Origin: Enterobacteria phage JenP2
Sequence record: NC_028997.1
Direction: 5' to 3' (one strand)
Length of the DNA stretch: 59,802 nt
Shown: piece after piece, positions 38,648 through 45,785 of the stretch
Numbering within the stretch: position 1 is the first letter of the stretch
Layout of the letters: each line of letters starts with the position of its first letter
The notes under the pieces: model-generated
What the model was told of the DNA's origin: nothing
Databases searched by the model: none
What the model saw: the letters and a program-made list of their open reading frames with translations, nothing else
Program-made: the position numbers and the translations under genes

Positions 38648-39577
38648 TTACTGTGCAGCGTCATCGCCTTCAGTGGAACGTTTCCACGGTGGAGTCTTGG
38701 TCTGAGCTGCTTTAGCGATATCGTCCTGGACTTCAGGTTCTGCATGGTTAGCAGTACCAGTGTTCTGAGCTTGAGTTTGCGGTTGCTCTGCTCCAGGCTG
38801 TACCTGCTGAGTTGCCCAGTTAGGCTGTTGTGTGGTTTGTTGCTGCGGCTGCTGCGCACCAGTAGCCCACGGTTGAGATTGCGCCGCACTGTTAAAATCA
38901 ACTGTTCCAGACTGCTGCGGCTGCTGCCCAAATGCACCCGGGAAACCCTGCTGCTGTTGTTGCTGCGGTTGCTGGAACCCCTGAGTCTGAGGTTGTTGCT
39001 GCTGTTGCTGCGGCTGCTGCCCAAATGCACCCGGGAAACCCTGCTGCTGTTGTTGCTGCGGTTGCTGAGTACCACCGAACGCACCGCCACCAAATGCTGG
39101 AGACTGTGCTGCCGCTGCCGGAGTTGATTTAGGCAGGTTAGCCACATCCGCTTTAGTTGCGTATACAACGCCTTCCATATTATCAATTGCTTGATAAATC
39201 TGAGGTTCGTTGTTTGGCTCATAGCCAGGTTGCTGACGAACTTTTACTTTCAGGTTGAACGGAATACCGTGCAGTTGTTCGGTATCGTTCCAAACTGGAA
39301 CTTTAACAGCACGAGATAACTCTGCCAGTTCTTCCATTGCAATCTGTACAGCGACAGGGTTCGCGTTTTTGACGTTGTAACCGCCAAACATTACACGACC
39401 AGCAAAATCACCCTGCATAATCTTAAACTGAAGATTCAGACGCGCACCGCCTGGAGTTTTAGTCGGTTTGATCTCAGAGTTTACAATCTGAACAACATAC
39501 CAACCAGCGGGCATCAAACTATTGTGTTGACGCTCTGCGTGTTGTCCAGCGTTAAATTGCATTCCTAAACCGGCCAT
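38648..39577 (-). CDS. putative ssDNA-binding protein with Q/P/G-rich linker
   Basis: 309 aa; N-terminal ~150-aa globular domain then a Q/G/P low-complexity region resembling an SSB linker; no terminal DIPF. Confidence 0.5.
   Translation of the reverse strand: MAGLGMQFNAGQHAERQHNSLMPAGWYVVQIVNSEIKPTKTPGGARLNLQFKIMQGDFAGRVMFGGYNVKNANPVAVQIAMEELAELSRAVKVPVWNDTEQLHGIPFNLKVKVRQQPGYEPNNEPQIYQAIDNMEGVVYATKADVANLPKSTPAAAAQSPAFGGGAFGGTQQPQQQQQQGFPGAFGQQPQQQQQQPQTQGFQQPQQQQQQGFPGAFGQQPQQSGTVDFNSAAQSQPWATGAQQPQQQTTQQPNWATQQVQPGAEQPQTQAQNTGTANHAEPEVQDDIAKAAQTKTPPWKRSTEGDDAAQ
38923..39067. repeat. intragenic near-perfect direct duplication (~60 bp units, 84-bp period)
   Basis: The unit GCTGCGGCTGCTGCCCAAATGCACCCGGGAAACCCTGCTGCTGTTGTTGCTGCGGTTGCTG occurs twice, encoding the repeated peptide QQPQQQQQQGFPGAFGQQPQQ. 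Confidence 0.6.
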
Positions 39578-40323
39578 TATTGTACCCCTTTGATTTTGTT
39601 AATGATTGCACCGAGATGTGGATATTCCATCTGTTCTAACGAACCAGAACGATCTTTACATACATTTGACAGATCTGGTCTGGTCAGCAGATAACGAAAA
39701 TCTGCTTGAGTATTTTGGTCTTTACCAACACTAATTTTGAAAACTTCATCAAAAAAGTATGGTAATTCTGGACCTAATTTTGCACCAGGCATAGAAGGGC
39801 CATAAGACGTAATACCTGTCAACTCGTCCTTATTACGGGACATTTTAGCTGCCATGTATACGTTAAGTCCAGGGATATCTCGAAAAGCACGAACCAAAGT
39901 TTGCATCTTCTCAATGAGATCCCCATAAGCCTGACGCGGATCTTTCACAGTACGCTTCGCATTGTTAAGGCACTTTTCAGCAATCTCAGTAAGTGAATCC
40001 AGCGCAAGAGACTGAAAGCGCGGTAAACCATCTTCACCTACAGGATTGTTTGCAGGGTTAGTTGCCCAAACATAAGCCTGCTCCACATCCTGAATATTTT
40101 CAACCGTAATGGTTGGAATATCGTAACAGATATCTGGTCTGTTTTCACCAAACACACGAGCAATGTTATTCGGTGTTAAAGACAGAAGCCCAGACTCTGC
40201 AGAAATCAGCAACGGTCTTGGAAGAGTTGCTGTAAGCATGGTCTTACCCATACCGGATTCACCATACACAAGCATCTTGACACCAGTGTCCAGAACTGCC
40301 TGCGCGGTAGTTGTAAATTGCAT
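39577..40323 (-). CDS. RecA-fold ATPase (Sak4-like recombination protein)
   Basis: 248 aa; Walker A GESGMGKT; adjacent to the SSB-like and exonuclease genes. Confidence 0.55.
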   Translation of the reverse strand: MQFTTTAQAVLDTGVKMLVYGESGMGKTMLTATLPRPLLISAESGLLSLTPNNIARVFGENRPDICYDIPTITVENIQDVEQAYVWATNPANNPVGEDGLPRFQSLALDSLTEIAEKCLNNAKRTVKDPRQAYGDLIEKMQTLVRAFRDIPGLNVYMAAKMSRNKDELTGITSYGPSMPGAKLGPELPYFFDEVFKISVGKDQNTQADFRYLLTRPDLSNVCKDRSGSLEQMEYPHLGAIINKIKGVQ

Positions 40324-40387
40324 AAGTTATTCCTTGTGTGGTTACGGTTGCAATACTAGGACCTAATTAACTTGAATGCAAACGTGA

Positions 40388-41332
40388 TTATTCACTAATA
40401 TCTGTTGGGTCACGGAAACTTTGATGCGTAGGAATACGCAATTTGTCCTTCATACCATGAGCAAAGAATTTCCATTTAGAAATCTTCCCAATGAATTCAT
40501 CAGGATGCTCAAAATAATATTTACGTTCTTCGTGCGTAAGACGACCAGCACCTACACGCATCTCTTGTCCGACTTCAATAAGACCTTCGAGGCCTTCTGG
40601 CACTGTAAGCACACGTACATCAAATGAGCCAACCATACCATTTGGAACCATATTGGCTTGATGACTTGAACGATAAGTCTGCCCTAATTCATTAATCTGG
40701 GCTTCATTCTCATTGGTGCAACCTTCGATAATACGAATGATCTCACCTTCACCATCAGTGAAACGTTTAATGCGGAGATAACCGCCTTCACGCTGCGTAC
40801 TACGACCCCATTTATATTTCGCTTCAAGGTCACGGATAATAACACCTTCGTATCCCATATCAAGCCAAATATTTTCCCACTCCAGGAGTTCTTGTTCGTT
40901 GTTGACCACATACAGTGGAACAAGCTTCACGTCCATTAACTCGCCGTTAGCGTGGCATTCGTCCACGTACTTCTTGAGCATATCATAACGCTCTTTGTAC
41001 GGTAGATGCGCGACATTTGGTTCGCACAAATCAAACACATGCCACGTCCAAACGTATTCACCTTCAATTTTAGATGTTGCACTACTTGTCTTGCGACATA
41101 AATCAAAGTCCGTTTCGTTCCCAACGGCAAGCTCACCGTCCATACCATCATAGATGGGAGATCCAAATACCTTTGCGACCTGCTTATTTGCAAAAGATTT
41201 AAGACTTCGTCCAACAAGCTCCCCAAACGGTTTCATCCCACGAACTCCGTCAATTTTAGGCATGATGCCTACGGGATATTTCTGTTTAGCTGAATCCCAA
41301 TCTGTTGCTAGATAAGGTTTAAATCGAGCCAT
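40388..41332 (-). CDS. ATP-dependent DNA ligase
   Basis: 314 aa; adenylation motif I KIDGVRG and downstream nucleotidyltransferase-like motifs. Confidence 0.85.
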   Translation of the reverse strand: MARFKPYLATDWDSAKQKYPVGIMPKIDGVRGMKPFGELVGRSLKSFANKQVAKVFGSPIYDGMDGELAVGNETDFDLCRKTSSATSKIEGEYVWTWHVFDLCEPNVAHLPYKERYDMLKKYVDECHANGELMDVKLVPLYVVNNEQELLEWENIWLDMGYEGVIIRDLEAKYKWGRSTQREGGYLRIKRFTDGEGEIIRIIEGCTNENEAQINELGQTYRSSHQANMVPNGMVGSFDVRVLTVPEGLEGLIEVGQEMRVGAGRLTHEERKYYFEHPDEFIGKISKWKFFAHGMKDKLRIPTHQSFRDPTDISE

Positions 41333-41909
41333 TGAAATTTACCTTTGTGTGTTCCCGAACAAGAAGTTTTAACTTCCTAACCCAAGATTGCTGTTTCTCA
41401 ATGTTAACTTTCTTCGGTTTAGGAATAACGGATTTTGCTGTATCTACTTTTAATTTATCGTAGTCCATGCGTCGTCTACCTGTTCGCATGTGCATACCCG
41501 CAATTTCATCGCACTTGTCTTGTGCAAGGCTACGGGAATCCATCCTACCTGAATGACCTTTAACATGACGGAATTGGAAACTAAGCCTATTCTCGACAAT
41601 AGTATCCATGAACCATTTATATACTTGCTGCTCTTCTCCTCTCGGTGGACGTTTACCTTCGAACATATGGATAGCTGCTTTGCAATCCGTCTGGAACAAT
41701 ATAACGTCGTTTGTGTAGATAAGTCCAGCCTCTATACCATGATATAAACCGTTAGCTACTGCAATACATTCAACTACGGTATTATCTGTGTGACCATGTG
41801 CAGGGCCACCAAAAGCCTTCTTACCCCGTTTGGAGGCTACCCAAATCCCATAGCCTCCACATTTAGTACGGTGACAAAACGACGCATCCGATATTATCGT
41901 GATGAGCAT
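41319..41909 (-). CDS. ribonuclease H
   Basis: 196 aa; RNase H-like catalytic pattern (IISDASF ... VECIAVANGL ... LFQTDCKAAI ... HVKGHSG). Confidence 0.7.
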   Translation of the reverse strand: MLITIISDASFCHRTKCGGYGIWVASKRGKKAFGGPAHGHTDNTVVECIAVANGLYHGIEAGLIYTNDVILFQTDCKAAIHMFEGKRPPRGEEQQVYKWFMDTIVENRLSFQFRHVKGHSGRMDSRSLAQDKCDEIAGMHMRTGRRRMDYDKLKVDTAKSVIPKPKKVNIEKQQSWVRKLKLLVREHTKVNFNGSI

Positions 41910-42335
41910 TTAACCCTTCTTAACAGCGATCTTAACCTGTGGCGAACCCGGAGTTGTGGTCACACATTCGTCAAAGATCGCCAACTGTTCAGCTGTGAGC
42001 TTACGATATGCAGCCACACGGAGTTCTACTTTAGTTTCAGTAACTTCGTTGACATCCACACCAGCTTCAATAAGGTCTGGCAGAATCTGACTAAAGATCG
42101 CCTTATCAACTTTACGCGTATAAGGTTGAGTAACAACAAGATCATCACCTGTATCAAGTTTAATCTTGTTAGTATTTTCGTTAAGACCATCTGGAAAGAA
42201 GACGCTAACCACACTTTGGCGCAGTGCGCGTTCTTGCGCTTGTACTTTGGCTAATTCTTCTTTCTTAGAATACCAGTTGTAAAGGAGTTCGTACTTCTGT
42301 TCTTCAGTTAAGTTCATTTCTGGTAACTGGACCAT
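41910..42335 (-). CDS. hypothetical protein
   Basis: 141-aa ORF with a GAGGG SD; first gene downstream of the candidate promoter at 42367-42395. Confidence 0.5.
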   Translation of the reverse strand: MVQLPEMNLTEEQKYELLYNWYSKKEELAKVQAQERALRQSVVSVFFPDGLNENTNKIKLDTGDDLVVTQPYTRKVDKAIFSQILPDLIEAGVDVNEVTETKVELRVAAYRKLTAEQLAIFDECVTTTPGSPQVKIAVKKG

Positions 42336-42366
42336 GTTATCGCCCTCGTTGTTTGCTAGTAGGGGT

Positions 42367-42395
42367 ATAATACTTAGAATTAAATTCCTTGTAAA
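42367..42395 (-). promoter_or_regulatory. candidate sigma70-type promoter (minus strand)
   Basis: On the minus strand TTTACA - 17 bp - TATTAT, about 30 nt upstream of the start at 42335; embedded in an 8-bp inverted repeat AGGGGTAT/ATACCCCT. Confidence 0.45.
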
Positions 42396-42410
42396 TACCC
42401 CTAAATATGA

Positions 42411-42929
42411 TTACAACTTACCAGTAGAACCAAAACCCCCGCGACCTGTTTCTTCTACAATACCAGAAACAATGCGCGTACGAACCAACTGCACAAGACG
42501 CGCTTGTGCAATACGTTCGCCAACCTGGACTGTGTAAGGTGCATAAGAGTCATTATGCAGACGTATTTTCAACTCGTCGCGGTAATCATGATCAATGATA
42601 CCCGTACAATTACCTAAACGAACCCCGTGTTTAAACCCGTGACCGCTACGTGAATAGACTTCCATACCGTAACCATGAGGGATCTGCAGCTTAATACCTG
42701 TGTTGAACGTATAAGCACGACCGGCATAAATAGTTACAGGTTCTGGTTCATCCGCATAGATATCAAAGCACATAGAACCTGGAGTGGCAAATCGTGGTAT
42801 TTGAGCAGTGTCCGTAAGGAGTTCCACAATTAGCTGTTCCACAGCGCCATCTTGAACCGCAATAGTACCTTTGACACTTACATCTTTGATAATATCAGAC
42901 ATATTGTCTTTCTTAGTCATGTTTTTCAC
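42411..42929 (-). CDS. dut: dUTP diphosphatase
   Basis: 172 aa; dUTPase motifs RSGHGFK, GIIDHDYRDE, RGGFGSTG. Confidence 0.85.
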   Translation of the reverse strand: MKNMTKKDNMSDIIKDVSVKGTIAVQDGAVEQLIVELLTDTAQIPRFATPGSMCFDIYADEPEPVTIYAGRAYTFNTGIKLQIPHGYGMEVYSRSGHGFKHGVRLGNCTGIIDHDYRDELKIRLHNDSYAPYTVQVGERIAQARLVQLVRTRIVSGIVEETGRGGFGSTGKL

Positions 42930-43068
42930 TCTCTTTATTAGACAGACGTTGTTCCCATTGTTGCTTTAACTGATAATAACGATAAGCGTCCTCACCAGTT
43001 TCAGCTTCCCGTTGCATACGTTCACACCATTGAACGGGACTTTCCTCACAACTCACTTCTTACACCTC

Positions 43069-43530
43069 CTAAGCGTGGCCGTTTCTCTTAATGTATTCGT
43101 AAGCATGTGATTTAAAGATTATCCGAAAATCTTCCAGGGATATTTCACATCTCGGCGGATCTTCGGGGTGATGTTTCGCTTCATCAGCGAAAAGCATGAT
43201 AGGGTTCATATACAGGACTACGCGCCAGGGCTTTTTATTCTGACGGTACATAAGAACTGGAAACTTGTCTGCTTCCAATGCACTCTTAACACACTGCGCC
43301 CACCATGTGTTAATTGATAGCTGCTCCTGTCGTTTAACTTCTACCGCATAGAAACAGGTATTTGTGATATCGCAACCACCTACAGCACTCTGATTCTGGT
43401 TACGTTGTGCTATGGGCTTTTCTGGATAAGTCATTCCAAGAGCGGCGTAAACTTCTTCGTAGATGTCATTAAAGAATTTACAAATTTCACGCTCACCTGT
43501 CTGACCTTTAGTACGAGGATTAGCTCCCAT
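43069..43530 (-). CDS. putative PD-(D/E)xK-type nuclease
   Basis: Start set to the Met of MGANP (GGAG SD), because the longer track ORF runs through an intrinsic terminator hairpin; GGCDI ... AVEVK resembles D...(E/D)xK. Confidence 0.4.
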   Translation of the reverse strand: MGANPRTKGQTGEREICKFFNDIYEEVYAALGMTYPEKPIAQRNQNQSAVGGCDITNTCFYAVEVKRQEQLSINTWWAQCVKSALEADKFPVLMYRQNKKPWRVVLYMNPIMLFADEAKHHPEDPPRCEISLEDFRIIFKSHAYEYIKRNGHA

Positions 43531-43545
43531 GTTATAAATCTCCAT

Positions 43546-43575
43546 CCAAAAAATAGGGGGTACACAAGTACCCCC
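43546..43575 (-). terminator. rho-independent terminator (minus strand)
   Basis: GGGGGTAC-acaa-GTACCCCC stem followed on the minus strand by TATTTTTTGG. Confidence 0.5.
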
Positions 43576-43716
43576 GAAAGCGAAGCATATAATAGATAAT
43601 AACATGTCAGCGAGAGGCAGCCTTCGAAAAGGGGTAATCTACCAACCACTCTCGCAAATAATGTTAACCTGTTTACGTGTTTGATTACAATACACGAATT
43701 CGTCAGAATTCACAGG

Positions 43717-43992
43717 TCATACCGTACATTTTTGCCAATGGCCCATAGAAAATGACAGCGAAGTGCAGACAACTTCCAACCCGTCATCATCACGCACCAC
43801 GGGCAAAGCTAGGCCGCTGCGGGCGTTATGTACAGTGCGGTGTACTCTATACACAGAGTTATGCGTAAAGCGCCGCGTGTTCGCGTTTGTGCAGCGTAAT
43901 AACGCTCCGATATGTACAAGTGGAGCAGGCATAGTGAAGCCAATCATTAGATCCTTCTCTTTCTTATTAGGCTGGCGTACAGTTACATTCAT
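43717..43992 (-). CDS. hypothetical protein
   Basis: 91-aa ORF; ATGA start/stop overlap with the upstream small HTH ORF. Confidence 0.4.
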   Translation of the reverse strand: MNVTVRQPNKKEKDLMIGFTMPAPLVHIGALLRCTNANTRRFTHNSVYRVHRTVHNARSGLALPVVRDDDGLEVVCTSLSFSMGHWQKCTV

Positions 43993-44168
43993 TGTGTCGT
44001 CCCCTCATTTAAAGATTCCAGACGCTCACCTAACAAAATGAGCGATTTAATTTGATGCGGTTTCTTACCAAGATGTTCAGCAATGTGGTTATAAGTAAAA
44101 CCTTTCTCCCGCATACGATAAGCAGTAATAGCGGCATTGCGATTGCGGATATCGGTTTTCTTACTCAT
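43989..44168 (-). CDS. small helix-turn-helix DNA-binding protein (not in the ORF track, 59 aa)
   Basis: Hand translation MSKKTDIRNRNAAITAYRMREKGFTYNHIAEHLGKKPHQIKSLILLGERLESLNEGTTQ; HTH-like GFTYNHIAEHLGKKPHQIK; ATGA overlaps with both neighbours; AAGGAG upstream. Confidence 0.45.
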   Translation of the reverse strand: MSKKTDIRNRNAAITAYRMREKGFTYNHIAEHLGKKPHQIKSLILLGERLESLNEGTTQ

Positions 44169-44473
44169 GGTAAACTAATTCTCCTTAATTTAGCTTCAAT
44201 ACGATTAATTAACATCGACATACTACGATCTGCAACCATATGATGCGGTTCGTAGTAACCATATGCCCAATAGTTTACCTCTTGCCCACAATGATTACAA
44301 TTAATCTTTGACTCGCACACAGGCGAATAGTAGCCATCAATTTGATCTACGACGGTCTCTGTAAACTCAGTGTGACCACACTTTGGGCATCGTACGCACT
44401 TCATTTCCTTGTCGTAGTTTGAGCGAAAAGTATAAGGCTTCCATCCTAATACTTTATATATTTTACTAGGCAT
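44165..44473 (-). CDS. zinc-ribbon protein
   Basis: 102 aa with CxxC pairs (CVRCPKC ... CESKINCNHC). Confidence 0.5.
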   Translation of the reverse strand: MPSKIYKVLGWKPYTFRSNYDKEMKCVRCPKCGHTEFTETVVDQIDGYYSPVCESKINCNHCGQEVNYWAYGYYEPHHMVADRSMSMLINRIEAKLRRISLP

Positions 44474-44715
44474 TAGTGTAGATTCTCTTTAGGTTGTTCT
44501 TCGCTCGTCATAAGATGAGCTAATACGCTACATGTGTTTGATTTCTGCCAGGCTTTCTCAATTTCATCTAACGCGGATTCTGGTTTACATAAGCGATAGG
44601 CTTCTATGAAGGAATTCTGGGCTGCTTCAATGATTGCCAGAGACACTAACACTCTTTCGTCTATCATCGTCATCATTTCTTCACATTTATCACACATATT
44701 ATTTCTCCAACTCAA
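44473..44715 (-). CDS. hypothetical protein
   Basis: 80-aa ORF in the tightly packed minus-strand early block. Confidence 0.45.
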   Translation of the reverse strand: MSWRNNMCDKCEEMMTMIDERVLVSLAIIEAAQNSFIEAYRLCKPESALDEIEKAWQKSNTCSVLAHLMTSEEQPKENLH

Positions 44716-44920
44716 TAATGTTTAGAATAATAACAACATCAAAGGAATTTGATTCTTTAAGGTGTTGAACAATACCTTCAATCGTGTCCCTGCTAATACA
44801 CGGAGCCTTTACAAATACATGTCCAAATCCTGGAGATATCATGTGACCTTTGTGGTAACTATAGGATACGAAGAACTCCCTCGTCTTTTGTTCACAAACT
44901 ACTAATTCTTTATCTGCCAT
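44699..44920 (-). CDS. hypothetical protein
   Basis: 73-aa ORF, co-oriented and overlapping its neighbour. Confidence 0.45.
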   Translation of the reverse strand: MADKELVVCEQKTREFFVSYSYHKGHMISPGFGHVFVKAPCISRDTIEGIVQHLKESNSFDVVIILNIIELEK

Positions 44921-44935
44921 TTAAACACCTCAAAG

Positions 44936-45133
44936 TTAGAAGAATGTACCAGTAAGCACATACAGGACAGCGTCACGTAGTGTTGGTAACAAAGGCGAGC
45001 AGTTAGGAACACTGTAGAATTTACGTGATCCAACTTTAACACTGACGATTGTAATAGAACGTTTATTGCGCTCTACTGCGTAGAGACCACCACCGAGACG
45101 ACGGACTTTATACAGAGGTTGATGCTTTTGCAT
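44936..45133 (-). CDS. hypothetical protein
   Basis: 65-aa basic ORF. Confidence 0.4.
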   Translation of the reverse strand: MQKHQPLYKVRRLGGGLYAVERNKRSITIVSVKVGSRKFYSVPNCSPLLPTLRDAVLYVLTGTFF

Positions 45134-45150
45134 GTTTTAACTCCTTTCGT

Positions 45151-45429
45151 TTATTTGCTGACACGTATGGCTCTACCTGTTAAGAAGGTGTATCCACAGT
45201 GTCGCATTAAGTCACGTTCTTCTATTACACTTCGTAACTGGCGTGACAGCGTTTCATAGTAAGGACGGACTTCGTTCTTACTTATGGCTAAAGCATAGGC
45301 GAACAGTTGTTCCGAGTCAATACGATTAGACTTGATTCTTTTGATTGCCTGCTCAATTCCTGGGAATTCCTCATCCTGGTATAGAGCACCGTACACAATT
45401 TTAATAGCTGCTAGATTGTAACTGGACAT
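45151..45429 (-). CDS. hypothetical protein
   Basis: 92-aa ORF, first gene of the minus-strand unit next to a divergent intergenic region. Confidence 0.45.
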   Translation of the reverse strand: MSSYNLAAIKIVYGALYQDEEFPGIEQAIKRIKSNRIDSEQLFAYALAISKNEVRPYYETLSRQLRSVIEERDLMRHCGYTFLTGRAIRVSK

Positions 45430-45464
45430 TTGACCCTCGGACGTAAAATAATTCTTGATACCTA

Positions 45465-45492
45465 TTGCATTCCTAAGGAAATGCTCTATAGT
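45465..45492 (+). promoter_or_regulatory. candidate sigma70-type promoter
   Basis: TTGCAT - 16 bp - TATAGT about 35 nt upstream of the 45528 start, which has a GGAGGA SD. Confidence 0.45.
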
Positions 45493-45527
45493 ATGTATTA
45501 TACAGTTTGTAAGCGGAGGAACACAAA

Positions 45528-45752
45528 ATGACTCACCAAGATCTTATAAAAAGAAACATCAGAACTGCAATGAACAAGTCGGAAGACTTCTTATTTGAGC
45601 AAGGTAGTTCAATAATAAAATACGAATATATGGGATCCTCAACTGTGGTTACATTTGAGAAAGATGAGTATCACGTTGGAGATTTTTCAACACCAGATTA
45701 TGATGTGATGTTTGAATATGTCGTATGTGAGTTTTTAAAGTTGCACGAATAA
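45528..45752 (+). CDS. hypothetical protein (single plus-strand gene inside the minus-strand block)
   Basis: 74-aa ORF with its own promoter-like sequence and terminator. Confidence 0.45.
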   Translation: MTHQDLIKRNIRTAMNKSEDFLFEQGSSIIKYEYMGSSTVVTFEKDEYHVGDFSTPDYDVMFEYVVCEFLKLHE

Positions 45753-45756
45753 TATA

Positions 45757-45785
45757 ATGGGCGCATATAGCGCCCATTTTTATAA
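45757..45785. terminator. bidirectional rho-independent terminator
   Basis: ATGGGCGC-atata-GCGCCCAT stem followed by TTTTTAT on the + strand, with a T-rich tract on the minus side; between convergent genes. Confidence 0.6.

Noticed and set aside
38644-39222. Alternative-frame ORFs (38644-39222 minus, 38744-39127 and 38932-39132 plus) over the Q-rich repeat region
   Set aside because: These are low-complexity Ser/Arg/Leu- or Ala-rich translations of the CAG/CTG-rich repeats that encode the Q/P/G linker of the SSB-like protein; the 309-aa frame has the globular N-terminal domain and a proper start.
42950-43050. Possible small minus-strand ORF (about 34-47 aa, MQREAETGEDAYRYYQLKQQWEQRL...) upstream of dUTPase
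   Set aside because: Only a weak ribosome-binding site and ambiguous start (GTG or ATG); not supportable from sequence alone, though ribosome profiling could revive it.
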